Shown: in pieces, positions 12,111 to 25,251 of the stretch
Layout of the letters: each line of letters starts with the position of its first letter
Numbering within the stretch: position 1 is the stretch's first letter
Source: Lama guanicoe
Lineage: Eukaryota
Assembly: GCA_013239625.1 (NCBI GenBank)
Contig: MU054220.1
Location: forward strand, 2,293,374 to 2,357,373
Reading direction: 5' to 3'
DNA: 64,000 nucleotides
The notes under the pieces: model-generated
The model's database searches: none
Seen by the model: only the letters and a program-made list of their open reading frames with translations
What the model was told of the DNA's origin: nothing
Translations under genes and position numbers: made by a program

Positions 12111-13471
12111 CTCCTTCCAGACTATACTGTAAACCTCAGGTAAGCCACTGAAAGGCTAATCTAATAAAGCACTATGTTAGTATTGCTCCTATGTGCCAGA
12201 ACTTTGGGCAAACTCCTCAGCCTGAACTTCAAGATTCCACATGCAAAATCAGCAGGGAAAACAGGTGAAGTGATTTTGAAAAGGTAACCAGAGGCCTGCT
12301 GGCACTCTCAGGAAAGATCTTGGTCAATGAAACTAGCAAGTAAATGGCAATACTGGACCAAGGTTTAGTCCTTGGATGTACATGCTCAGGAAACTAATTT
12401 TATTAGTTCAGTCAAGGTTTGGGGACTTCAGTTACAAGAGACAGTTTATATACTATAAATCCAATTTATTAATTGAGAAATAAAAATGCCAAGTAGACAA
12501 AAAAGGAAGCAACAAGTGAGCAACATGTTGCCTTTCCTAAAAGGAGACCGCCTAGGGAAACTAAAATGGTATCATCTCACTATTAGCTTCATACATCTTT
12601 CACTACTTCAGGGTAAGCAAGTTGGAATTCTGCCACCAAGAGTCTAGAGAGAGCTTTCTTGGCTGACAAATAGATGTATTTGTCCTTCTTCTCTTTAGAC
12701 TTTATAGACCACTGCCCATATTAGCCACTGTTACCAACATGTTATAATTGCCAAAATGATTGTCTACATTAAGGGTGGAGACCTTTGATGGGATAGGTTT
12801 TAAGACAATACATCAGCTGCTAGAGAACAAAACCAAGGTAGGGCTTTTAGGGTACCACTTAGTTTAAGTCAAGGCCGTTTTACTTCTCAGCATTTTAGTC
12901 TCTCAATTATATAGGAAACTCTCATGCAAGCATTCAAATTTTTTGTTCCTTTCCTGTTAATATGCTGAATATGTAAGTTCATCAGAGCTACTTATTACTA
13001 CCTTTATTACATTTTTTGCCTTAGGGACATAAAACAATTACTATGTGTAATTTCTGGATATTTACAAGAAGTTCTATGTGGTTCCCACTCACATATATTT
13101 GATTAAATTTATCAAGTGTCATCTTTTCTTAAATGGCTTAATTAGGTCAAAAATACATTTATAAATCACAATGCTCCCACAAATATTGCTGTCCCTTCAA
13201 ACATCATCAACACCTATTTCCCCAGATTTGCCACTTGTTGCTTTCTTGCCTGAGAAATACTTCACTTAATTAAGGCTTTTCTCCAAGCTTAAGACATTTA
13301 ACAAATAAAAAAAATTATTTACTGGACCTTATTGGAATAGAAATTTCAATTTAGCAACATTCTCTACACATAATTTTCATCAACAGAAGTTCATAACAAC
13401 AAATAATCCTGTCAGGTTCCCAAAGTGTTCAGAATATGCACAGTCTTGTACCATACTAAAATGCTTTCAGT

Positions 13472-13602
13472 GGGGAGGGTATAGCTCAATGGTAGAGTGC
13501 ATGCCTAGCATGCATGAGGTCCTGGGTTCAATCCCCAATACCTTTGTTAAAAAAAATAGATAAAAATAAATAAACCTAATTACCCCCCAAATAGAATAAA
13601 AA
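13472..13602 (+). mobile_element. Vic-1-type SINE
   Basis: ggggagggtatagctcaatggtagag...gggttcaatcccc; taaacctaattacccc tail; TSD taaaat(g/a)cttt. Confidence 0.9.
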
Positions 13603-13635
13603 TAAAATACTTTTAAACAATTATCTGAAAATATA

Positions 13636-14050
13636 ATGGATAAGCAAAATGTGGTGTATAATATAAATATATATACAATGAAATATTATTCAGTCTTAAA
13701 AAGGAAGGAAATTCTGACACATGATACAACATACATGAACCTTGAGGATATTATGCTAAGTGAAATAAACCAGTCACAAAAAGACAAATACTGTATGATT
13801 CCATTTATATGCGGTACTTAGAGTAGTCAAAATCATAAAGACAGTAAAATAGTAGTTACCAGGGTCTGGGGGAAGAGAGAATGGGGAGTTACTGTTCAAC
13901 AGGTAGAGTCTCACTTTTACAAGATGAAAAATTATGGGGATGGATGGCAGTGAAGGCTGCACAACAATGTGAATATATTTAATACCACTGAACTGTACAC
14001 AAAAATGGTTAAGATGGTAAACTGTATTTTAACACACAAAAAGAAAAAAG
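13636..14050 (+). mobile_element. L1MB-type 3' end
   Basis: atggataagcaaaatgtgg...ttatgctaagtgaaataaaccagtcacaaaaagac; ORF 13636..13821 is an ORF2 C-terminal remnant. Confidence 0.85.
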
Positions 14051-14185
14051 GATGCCATTAAGTAAGTAAAATTTCCTATTGTTATATAATGGATGTAGAT
14101 AACAGCCAACATTCAAATACTAGACAGAAGATTCTATAATACTGATCAAGTACAAATGATACAACCAAAGGAAAAGTACACTTAC

Positions 14186-14234
14186 CGGCATAGGTAGGCT
14201 ATCTAGACCTTTTACTAACTTTCACAGTGAAATG
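14186..14234 (-). other. ATG13: Probable ATG13 non-coding 5'UTR exon
   Basis: Consensus donor CCG|GTAAGT at 14186/14185; nearest AG acceptor aattag| preceded by a T-rich tract; non-repeat sequence among repeats. Confidence 0.55.
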
Positions 14235-14820
14235 CTAATTTTAAATGAAAAAAATGAATTTTACTCAAATAAATGGATAAAAACCATTTATCTCAACTAT
14301 TTTCCCAGTCCTCAATTAAAAGTACAGAAATATAAGAGCTATAAATAAATTCAGAAGAGAAAATAACAGTGAAGTATGTCAACAAAATATTGGGGGGAAA
14401 AAGTAAACACACTGGTTAAGGATAAAGGTTTCAATGTTTATGTTCATTTTTGCTCACTCCTGAAAAGGGGGTGGGGGACTTTAAAAAGCAACCACACACA
14501 GACAAGAGATAACAACATCAAAGTTCGGGAAGGTGGAAAGTAGAAGTGACTGAGCAGAACAGAGCTGATATCTAAGCCAGCAGTGAGAGAAACGCTAAAC
14601 AAAGAAAGCTCATCTGAACCAAAGAAACTAAGAAGGCCAAGGAATTAGAGTCACCAGACAGACAGCTCCTAAAGTAGGGTGGCAGATGGGGCTGAAAACA
14701 GGAAGACTATTCAAAAGTCCACAGAAGAAGCATTTAGACCCCACTATAAGCCCTACAGCCACTCCATGACGCTCTCAGGACAGAACTGCCCTTCCTCCCT
14801 CATGTTAGAAGACTGGATAC

Positions 14821-16090
14821 AGGGAGTTCCCAATATGGTGGAGTAGAAAGACCTTGAGCTCACCTCCTCTCACAGGCACACCAAAATTATAACTATTTAC
14901 AGAAAAAGTATTGATTAAAAAGATAGGAACCTACCAGAAAATATCTTCTACAACTAAAAATATAAAGAAGGAACCACAATGAGATAGATGGGTAGGAGTG
15001 GAGAGTCCCGGTATGTTCAAGACCAGTCCCCCCATCCCAGGCGGGTGACCCACAAACAGAAGAATAATTACAATTGCACAGGTTCTCCCCAAGGAGCGAT
15101 GTGGCTGAGTCCCACACTGGGCCCCCCAGTCCAGGGCTCTGCACCAGGAAGATGAGTCCCCAGAACATTTGGCTTTGAAGGCCAGTGGGCTTACTTTTGG
15201 GAGCCCCAGGGTTTGTGGGAAATAGCATGAAGTCTCTTAAAGGGGGCACACAAAGTCTCACATGTACCAGGACTCAAGGCAGAAGCAATAATTTCAAAGG
15301 AGGCCGGGTCAGAAATACCTGCTCATCTTGAAGAGTCTCCTGAAGATGGAGGAAACAACTGGAGCTCAGCCTGGGGACACAGATACTTGTGGCAGACATT
15401 TTGGGGAGCTTGTTCTATCACATGAACACTTGTGCTAGTAATCATCTTTTGGAATCCCCCCTCTACCTAATTAAGCTATTTAGGACCCAATCCCACCCAA
15501 CAGCCTGTAGGCACCAAAATGGGAGCCTCAGACTGAGGAGCTACCTTGGCAGGGACATATCCCCACCCATCAACATGGTATGTGTACACACACGCACATG
15601 CACACGCACACATACACACAATGGAACACTACTCAGCCATAAAAATGAATGAAATGAAATGTTGCTATTTGCAACAACATGGATGGACCTGGAGGGTATT
15701 TGGCTTAGTGAAATGAAATACGTCAGAGAGAGAAAGACAAATACTATATGTTATCACTTACATGAGGAATCTGAAAAATAAAATGATTGAATATAACAAA
15801 ACAAACAAACTCACAGATATAGAGAACAAACTAGTGGTTACCAGTGGGAAGAGGGAGGGGCAAAATAGGGGTAGGGGATTAAGAAGTACAAACTATTATG
15901 AATAAAATAAATAAACTACAAGGATACATTATATAGCACAGAGAACATAGCCAATATTTTATGATAACTATAAATGGAGTATAATCTACAAAAACTTTGA
16001 ATCACTATTGTACACCTGAAACTAATACAATATTGTAAATTACACCTCAATAAAAAATTTTTTAATAAAATTAAGTAAGTAAGAAAAAAA
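14821..16090 (+). mobile_element. L1 with a 5'UTR-like segment fused directly to a 3'UTR and A tail (ORFs absent)
   Basis: Starts caatatggtggagtagaaagaccttgagctcacctcc; switches near 15575 to 3'UTR (gcaacaacatggatggacctggag...tgtacacctgaaactaat); candidate TSD aagactggata / aagaatggaca. Confidence 0.7.
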
Positions 16091-17159
16091 AAGAATGGAC
16101 ATTAACATTTTGGAAACACTGAATCAAAAACATGCTAGATTTGGTTATCAAAGTCTGTAAGACGCTCCCTCCCCCACCTCTGGAGCACTCTTCCTCACTA
16201 GGCTTGAAAAACACTGGCAGCCACCATGGAGGCTTTCATCAAGTGACTGGTGACCCCTGGCTGTCCCACTCACATTTACGTATGAGGTACCAAAAAGAAG
16301 GAAACTCAGGATATATAAATGAGGTTGGTAAACTGGTAGGGCTCACAGAGGGCCATCAGGAACAAGCTGGGTCCTGCCTGACCTTTTTCTCAATGGAGAG
16401 GAACCTCAAGTGTCAATATACAGAGGTTTTTGACTCTGATACTGAATTTCTCCAGAGAAGCCTCCAATCTCCTTCTGAAAACATCCTTTCAACTTCTTTG
16501 GGTAAATAGTAAGAGTGCAACTATTGGATCATATGGTAAGAGTATGTTTATTTTGTAAGAAACCATCAAGCTGTCTTCCAAAGTGGCTAAACTGTCTTGC
16601 ATTCCCACCAGCAATGAATGAGAATTCCTGTTGCTCCATGATTTCTCCATCATTTGGTCTTGTCAGTGTTTTTGGATTTTAGCCATTCTAATAGGTATGA
16701 GATGGCAACAAGTCATTTTAAAAGAAGTGTCTTTTGCAAATATTTTCTCCCAGTCTGTAGCTTGTCTTCTAATTCTCTTAGACAATCCTAGTTTTTTGAA
16801 AAGCAAATTTACATATGGAACTAATCTAATATTGAAGACTTAAAATTTCCTTGATTTATTTTAAGGATGAATATTATTAAGCAAATTTAGTTGTTTTGAG
16901 TAACAGCTCTCAGCATATAAATAATATTGCTTTCATTTTCTGTTTAATGCCTATTTCTAGCCACACAAACTCTACAAAATAGTAATCTCAAAACTATTAC
17001 AGACCAGAAATTGACACATTATAAACTGACTATATTTTAATTAAAAAAAAAGTTACAGAGATAACAAGATATTGCCCACAATTAAAAAAAAAACTTGCTG
17101 ACAAATGCTCAGCACAAACATTATTTTCAAGACTGGTAAGAATTTAAATAACACTTTAT

Positions 17160-17291
17160 GGGGGAGGGTGTAGCTCGGTGGTAGAGTGTGTGCTTAGCAC
17201 GCACAAGGGCCTGGGTTCAATCTCCAGCGCCTATGTTAAGAAATAAATAAACAAACCTAATTATCTCCTCCCCACCACACAAACACACACA
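17160..17291 (+). mobile_element. Vic-1-type SINE
   Basis: tRNA head and tail; TSD aagaatttaaataacactt at 17138-17156 and 17292-17310. Confidence 0.92.
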
Positions 17292-17379
17292 AAGAATTTA
17301 AATAACACTTCATACCTATAGTCATTTTTTTTTCTATAGCAAGGATTTTCACATTTTCTCCAACACTGGTAAAGGCAGC

Positions 17380-18130
17380 TGTACAATAAATGGGAGAAGG
17401 TTAAATACTTCTTCACAGTAGACTGCCAATTAGCAGATGTACAAGGAATAAAAAATCTTAGAAAAATCACTATTTTGCAACCATTATAGGAATAACTGAT
17501 TTCAGCAAATCACCAGTGGATGATAAAACCACTGCCTGAAAACTTGTTAGCAAATGGGGTATTTACATAATCTTCTTGCAGAAGACATTAATTACAAAGA
17601 GAAGCCTGGTGGACACAATCTTAACAAAATAATCAAAGAAACATACCAACAACTAAATAACTGACAATACATCCTCTTGATGTGATGTAGTGAGGACATA
17701 TCACAATGTAGCTCTTCTGCTAAAACTGTATAACCCAAATCTAGTCATGAGGAAGCAATGAGACAAGCTTATACTGAAAGAGAGGGCATTTTACATAATA
17801 GGCTTGTACTCTTAAAAAAATGTCAATCTTATGAAAGCAAAAAAAAAGTCTGATGAACTGTTTCAGAATAAAGACAAAAGAGTTACGACAACCAAATGCA
17901 ATGCTTGATCTTGGACTTTAAAAAAAAAAGTTGCTAAAAAAACAAAAAGTTGCTTATACTACAAATTTTTTTTTTAACGTTGCCATAAAGGACAGTAAAG
18001 AAACAATTTGACGATATTTGAATACTGATTGTATACTACAAAACAGTATTGCATCAATGTTAAATTTCCTCAATTTTACACAATTATGCTTTGGTCAATG
18101 CTCTTGTTCTTAAGAGATAGAAGTAACTTT
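17380..18130 (+). mobile_element. Old L1 (L1MC/ME-type) 3'UTR
   Basis: gacaaccaaatgcaatg, tcaatgttaaatttcc and ctctaagaaat-like motifs. Confidence 0.65.
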
Positions 18131-18719
18131 TCTGAAGAGTCCAGGGGAAAAAAAGAGAAAAAAAAGTAAGAAATTGTATATTATTATGTTATACAGTGTC
18201 ATCTTTATGGCAAGGTTGGGAGGTGGGGAAGTCACTCTCAAAACTTCAAAAGCATAAGTCAGTAAGGTACATAGATTTAAGATCCAAACTTACACTACCT
18301 ACATGTGCGGTTAAAAAAAAAAACCCAAGAAATTAACTTAAAAACTTGTCCAGAACCACTGAAACCACTAGAAACAGGCAGAAGCAAGCCTGAAGGAGCC
18401 TTGAGAGAAGTTTTCATAGACCTGGATAATTAACAGCCTGCTGCCAGGCCACTGACAACCCTTCCTCCTAACTTTTAGGCAATGAATTCAGAATTTAAAA
18501 ATTTACAGATTGCACGTGGAAATAAAACACCAAGAACTCAAAAGAATAAGACAATGTTTAAGAGACTACACATCTGAGATGGCACACTGGGCAAGGCTAA
18601 GAGAAAATATGCTTATTTGTGAATTTGTTAAACATGTTGATTTAGAATGCTGAGGAGGGCAGTGGGTTAAAAATTTCTTTTAAATCACTTTACATATTTT
18701 CCTTTTTTAGAAATATTAT

Positions 18720-18852
18720 TATTTGTTGTTGTTGGGCAGGAGGTAATTAGGTTATTTATTTATTTATTTATTTAAATGGAGGTACTGGGGATTGAACCCA
18801 GGACCTTGTACATGCTAGGCATGCACTCTACCACTGAGCTATACCCCCTCCC
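18720..18852 (-). mobile_element. Vic-1-type SINE
   Basis: ggaggtactggggattgaaccc...ctgagctataccccctccc with (TTTA)n tail. Confidence 0.9.
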
Positions 18853-18859
18853 TATATAT

Positions 18860-19565
18860 TTTTTTCTTAAAGAATTACGTTATAATTCACATACTATAAA
18901 ATTCACCATTTTATTTTATTTTTATTTTTGGGGGGTAATTATCTTTGTTTATGGAGGTACTGGGGATTGAACCCAGGACCTCACACATGTTAAATACGCA
19001 CTCTGCCACTGAGCCCACCAAACTCTACCCTCTGCCACCAAATTCACCATTTTAAAGTGTACAGTTCAATGTTTCTTAGTATATTCAGAAGGATGTGCAA
19101 CCATCATCACGTTTTTATCACCCTGAAGAGAAATCCCACATCTATTATCAGTCACTCCTATTCCTTCTCTGTCCTGGCAATCAACAGTATGCTTTGTCTC
19201 TACAGACTTCCTTATACTGCAAGTTTCATATAAAGAAAATCCTATAATTTGTGTCCTTTTTGTTACTTGCTTCTTTCACTTAGCATGTTTTCAAGATTCA
19301 TTCTAGTTGTCGCATGTGTTAGTACTTCATTTCTTTTTATGACCGAATAATATTCCACTGTATGGATGAACTGCATTTTGTTAACTGGTTCATCAGCTGA
19401 TGGACATTTGAGTTGTCTCTACTTTTTGGCTATTGTGAATACTACTACTAAGAACATTGACATGCAAGTTTTTTTGTTAACCTATGTTTCCAATCTTCTT
19501 GGGCATATACCTAAAAGTGGAATTGCTGGATCATATGGTAATTAAACATTTAACTTTTTGAAAAA
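18860..19565 (-). mobile_element. L1MB-type 3' end
   Basis: attcaccattttaaagtgtacagttca...ggaattgctggatcatatggta. Confidence 0.85.
18914..19039 (-). mobile_element. Vic-1-type SINE with disrupted A box, inserted in an L1 3' end
   Basis: TSD aaattcaccatttta on both sides; extra bases within the A-box region. Confidence 0.85.
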
Positions 19566-19699
19566 TAGTGCATAGTTTTTCTCTCAGAAAACAAATGTAG
19601 TTGTAATTTGTATGACTTCAAAATAACTTTTAAAAAGTTATTTTATGAAAAAATTTAAACATCACTCAGTTTTAACAGTGTGGAATAAGGTCTGCCCTT

Positions 19700-20380
19700 A
19701 GCCTCTGTCAGAAACACACAATTTCTCCCTTTTAGAAAATAATGTTGTTCTAGTCCACAAGTTATCTCTACAACTTTTCAAATGTAGTATCTGGCATATA
19801 AAAAGGAACTAGACATTCATGGAGACAAACACAAATGATCAAAATCCAACAGACATCAGAAACATATTAACAGTTATCAAACACAGACCTTAAAATTAGT
19901 ATGCTTAACATGTTCAATTAAATGAAACAAAAAATTTATAATGTTGATAGAGAACTAAAAACTATAACAAGAACCAAATAGAAACTCCAGAATTAAAAAA
20001 CAAAAACCACTAGTTTAAGAACTCAATTGTTGATTCTAAAAGCAGATGAGACCAGGAGAAGACAGAAATACTGGAAGGGAATATAGACCAAAAGGCAATA
20101 TCCAAAACAAAGTACAGAGAGACAAAAGGATGGAAAAATAGAGAAAAGTGTATAAGAGACACAGAGTGACCACACACTTCTGGGATACTTTTGAGAGTAA
20201 GAGGGTACTATTTAAGGTATTTAATCATATCATGACAACAGGTACAAAATGATACATGAGGTTATCTGACACACTGAAGACACAGGAAAAGGTCTGACAC
20301 CTGTGAAATTAGAGTCCCAGAGGGAGAAGAGAAAGCAAAGGGGAAAGACAAAATTAGGAACTACACAGCTGAGAATTTTC
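19700..20380 (+). mobile_element. Degenerate L1 ORF1 region
   Basis: A-rich ORF1-like phrases (gaaactccagaatt, acagagagacaaaaggatggaaaa, agagtcccagagggagaaga). Confidence 0.6.
20162..20269 (-). mobile_element. hAT-Blackjack MITE, MER94-like
   Basis: cagagtgacc...gggatacttttgagagt...gacaacagg...ggttatctg terminal pattern. Confidence 0.6.
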
Positions 20381-21417
20381 ATGTACAGGGGTAAAGTAAA
20401 ATAAAGTAGGTAAGTATGGTCTGGCCAGATTACTAGAGAGTCATAAAAGTGAGCAAAAGAGACTCTAACAGTAGATTAGTAAGGAGTCAACGCAGATTCT
20501 TCTGTTGGTAAAAATTTAGGGACATTAATCTGGATATAGATAGGGGGAGATGAAGTAAAGGAATTAGAGGCAGAAAGATTAGCTTGGAAGTCATTTTAGT
20601 AATCCAGGTAAGAGTTGGTGATTAACACTGGACTAAGGTGACATAGTTAATAATGGAAGGAAATAGCAAATAATTCAAAGAAACAACTGAATAATTTGGC
20701 AAGAGATTATATAAAAATGACCCAAGATAATCTCTCTAGCCCTTAAAACTGGGAAAAGTTAACATCAGTTACTGAAAAAATAATTTCTGTTTCCCAGTTT
20801 CTAACACAGAGTTTTTAAATGTTTTAGATTCAGGTTTAAAAGCTCAATATGGCAAATCAGGAACAGCTAATAAGAAAAGATAGTTGAGTTCAAGGGTAAA
20901 CAGAGCAAGAGTAGTAATTTTCCCACTTTCTAGGCATCAGAGTTATTATTAAATTATAAAGATCCTTTTTTTCCATTTAGAAAGTTCTTTGTAGACAAAT
21001 GAGAAACAGAACAGAAAAGTTTAAACAACTGAAATAGTCTTCTACCTGAAAGAGTTACAAAGAAAGTCTGAAAATAAAGAAATAAGCAGAGATATACTGA
21101 ATTGGTGGGGGGAGGGGAAAGAGCAAAGAAAGAAAAGAAAAAGAAAAAACAGAAGTAGCAATATTTATAACAATCCCAGGCCAAAAGTGATGAAATGAGA
21201 CTAAAATTGATATTCAGTAATGATAAAATAATCTCTGAAAATATATTAGCCATAAACCTTTACTCATAATCATTATAGTAATAAAATAAAGTAAATAAAT
21301 AAAATGAAATGAAGCAAAAATTCCAAGAGATACTGGGAGAGCTTGATAAAACCAAAACAAAACCTGAAGATTCAACATACCTCTGACACATTAAGTAGAT
21401 ATAAAAAAAATACTGAG

Positions 21418-21550
21418 GGGAGAGGGGGTAGCTCAAGCGGTAGAGCACATGCTCAGCATGCACAGGGTCCTGGGTTCAATCCCTGGTACTGCCTCTAAAA
21501 ATGAATACAATAAACCTAATTAAGCCCTCCCTCCAAAAGAAAAAAAAAAT
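21418..21550 (+). mobile_element. Vic-1-type SINE
   Basis: gtagctcaagcggtagag...gggttcaatccc with taaacctaatt tail and A run. Confidence 0.9.
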
Positions 21551-24500
21551 CATAGGCCCAAGGAATATCAAGAAAACCTGAAAAAAATATACTGAGAATC
21601 TGAATAATGAAACCAAGTCTAATACATACACAGTGGTATACAGGGCCAAGTCACTCAATCTTTCTGTACCTCAGATTCCTTTCTCATAAGGTCGTGGTGA
21701 GGATTAAGTAAGACAGTTCCTCCTATAAAGAACAGCTGCCACAAATGAGATCCTTAACAAAGCTCTTCTTAGTTATCTAACTCTATCTTTCACATTATTC
21801 TCTCAGGTTCAAGGGATGCCATAAATCGATCATGTCCTTGACCATAAAAAAAAAAAATTCCAAGATGTTACTGCCCACAATCCAATAAACTAGAAACGTA
21901 GAATAAAAAGTTAACCATGTATACATTAAGAAACTTTTTATAATAAACACTGAAATAAAAACCAAAGTTATAAATTTATCTAGGAATTAACAAAATGGAG
22001 ACTATTTGACAACAAAACAAGTGAGACAGCAAAAGAAGAATTCAGAGGAAAATGTATAATCTTAAATGCCTTCATAATTTAAAAAAAGACCCAAATAAGT
22101 ATTCAGTTTAAGAAGACAGAAAGTAAAATAAACCAGAAGAAAATGGGAGGTGAGAATAAAGGTAAAAGTCATGTTTAACTAACTACGAACAATTTTAAAA
22201 CCAGTCTAAATAAATAAGACCAATACCTGGTTTCTTGAAAATTCCAACAGAAATAGACTAAAGGGTAAAAACATCCTTCAGCTTATATCTAAAACAGGAT
22301 ATCTAAACCTTCACAAGTATTTCTCAACATAATCTCTCCTAATGACCTAATAGCTGTGGGCAGTACAGAAGGAATGTGAGGGTAGGGACAAATCTTAAGC
22401 TTTGAAAGAACATTATATGATTGTTAACTCTATTACTTTCACATCTGTATGAATCAAAAGTCAAAAGTCAAAGCAGTATTTTCCAAAATAACAAGCTGGG
22501 TTATCACTTCTATAAATTCTTTACTTACTTTTACTTTTACTAAGATACTATTGACAGACGGTTGGCTGTGCATGTTAATTGAGTTGTTTTTTTCCATGTA
22601 GTGGGATTCACAATCTTACCCTTTCTCTTGTAACGAAGGGCATACAGGGGACACCACCAGGGCAAAGACAAATTTTCTGTGTCACATACACTGGCATTTA
22701 GAGGACTTCTCTAATCAACTGGCCTACATTTACTCTACAGTTAAAAGTAATTATTTAAAATTAATTTAAAATCTTTTTAAGAAATTCAAAATCCTTTTAA
22801 AGATTTGAAACTAAGTTTACATCCCTTTAAGGATTTAAAATCCTTTTTTTTTTTTTTAAGATTTAAAACCCAAACTTTATGGAAAGTTTCTTGATTCCCC
22901 CTCGGCATAGGGCATAGAGGACTAGATAGCCTTCTTTGCATTCTTCCTGGCTACACCGCCCTTATCCTGTCAAGGACTATCTGCAGTTTTTACTGATCAT
23001 AGTTTGACAAAAAAGAAGCAAGGAACAGTAACCCCAGGCACTCTTTCCTCTATTAAATCCATGAATGAAAAAGTGGTGCCCTATGGAAATTCATCTTACT
23101 CAGTTCAATACTCCAAGTTGGAAATTACTTCCAAATCATCCACGTATAAAGTTTAGGTAAGTTTTGTTCAAAAAAAGTATACATATTTGAAGACTCTCAA
23201 GTCAACATACAAGCCTTAAGAAATATGGTAGTTCAAATAATAGCTAAATAGCCTGCATTTCTTAATCAGTGAGTCTCTATACTTTTCTTCCATTAAAAAA
23301 AAGTTGAGTAATAAAAGGTCACAAAAGTGAGGAATTTTTTAGGTGTACTCTTCATTCTCTGTAATCTAAGTAGCACTTCAACCAGTTATAAATGTCATTC
23401 TTCATCTCTTCTATAATTAAGGAAAAAGTGTTTAACAAGCAAAAGAAATATTTAGAAATGAAGTCTTAGGGATTTCTAGGTATTACTAAAATTAAATAAC
23501 TTCTCTCTAGATATAGATTCCAAAATAAATACTTTCCACTCCCACTTGAGCAAAATGTAATTGCAGAGTATTGGGAATGAACCTTATCAAGTGAGCACAA
23601 TAAATTCTATAGTGGTTGCATTTTCTGAATAATCAAAATTATCTTTTAAAAATCACTTATGTAACAGGACTCAGGTCTTCGGAAGCTCAAAAGTTAATGT
23701 CTTAGGCTTCTTTTTGCTTTGACACACTGCTCTAAGTCATGAAGGTCATAAGCTAATGCAGTTAGGTGAACATAGGCAGGAAAAACAATGAGAAAAAAGA
23801 TTTCTTGACCCCCACCTCCCTGCTGTACAATTCCAGTATGCTTAGATAGTAGGTCTGAACTGTGTCCAAGTGATTCTTAGTCCTTAAATAAAACAATATA
23901 ATTTGGAGTATTTAGCAACTTAAGACCTGCAAGTTCTGTTTCTATATTAATAACCACTCAAGGAAAGAAAAATACAAATATACAATAAGAACTGTTAGGT
24001 GTAAGCACAGTAATGGAAAACCCAGTGGTTTGCAATTGTTATGAAATGTAAATCTCAAAAGTTGGCATAGCCTTCTTAACTTTATACCTAAAGGTATACA
24101 GTTTGAAAATAGCATGAGAATCAGCTACATGCATTTTACTGTACACGTCAGTATATATAACACTTGCTTCAACACTTATTCATCATCCACTGTATGTTAA
24201 AAATATTAACTCAGGATTCCATTCCTCAAGCATTTTTAAGACTTCTGCTCAGCTGAAAAATGGAGTTGAAACATAAACTTATAATTTAGTTGGAGCCACA
24301 ATATCCACACTTGAAAAGGACTAACACATAAAACAACACACAAAAACCTGGAGTTAATTTAGTGTAAACAAAAGATCTGTTGTTTCTTGTTATTGCACAT
24401 CTCCCATCGAAGGTGCTTATTACATTTTACCACCTTAGGAGATCAGTTTTTAATAAGAATGATGAGAAAATAGGTACTTTTTTCCTATAACATTCATTCA

Positions 24501-25251
24501 TTCATATCCCCCCTCCCCCACCCCTTCTCTCTGGCTGTGGAATGGCCAGAAGAGGAAGAAATACTCAAAGTGAAAAGCTATGCTGAATTGCCCAGAAAAA
24601 CTTGGGAACTGACTGGGAAAGTGAAAACTGAGATGAGTTAATGATGAATCCAAGAAGGTGCTTAGCCACTTACCCAGAGATTTATTTAATGAGAATGGAT
24701 CGCAGGTTTCCTCAGGTCGTTCCAGTGCCAGTAAGATAGTCGTGAACCTTGGGTCCCTTTTTTTCACTAGTCAACAGTCACCCTCACCTACACGCGGAGT
24801 ACATATTTGGCACTCAACAAATCTTGATTGAACGAAAACCTACCTCATTCACATTGGTACCCCACCCCCGAGTTATGGCCCCACAAATTCTCTCCAAAAA
24901 GCCTTATGACTTAATCCAAAGAGCTGAGAAGGTAGAGACGAAAGCTCCGAGGATGTTTGTAGAGACTGGGAATAATCGAGGGCCAATGGGGCCTACACCA
25001 ACCCGACCTCCCAAGGAAAGCTCAAGGCACTACCCAATCAGCCGCAGGCCGCGGATCCATAGCCTCCCACCCGAGGGCGCTGAGAGATCTGGGGGTATCC
25101 CCCCTAAAGTTAGTACCTGCGAAGTTGCGACACAGAGAGTGACTCGTGGCTCTCATTACGGAGGCCGGGGCCTGGGGCCGGCCTGATGCGCCTCCTGGCT
25201 GAGGGCTCCGCGCTCCGGAGCTGCAGTGACAGCACGGGTCGCAGATAATAC

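Noticed and set aside
13472..13545. SINE heads as functional tRNA-Ala genes
   Set aside because: They carry A-rich tails, TSDs and scattered substitutions in the stems; they are retroposed SINE copies
22620..22676. Possible extra ATG13 UTR exon with donor AGG|GTAAGA
   Set aside because: The candidate acceptor lacks a polypyrimidine tract
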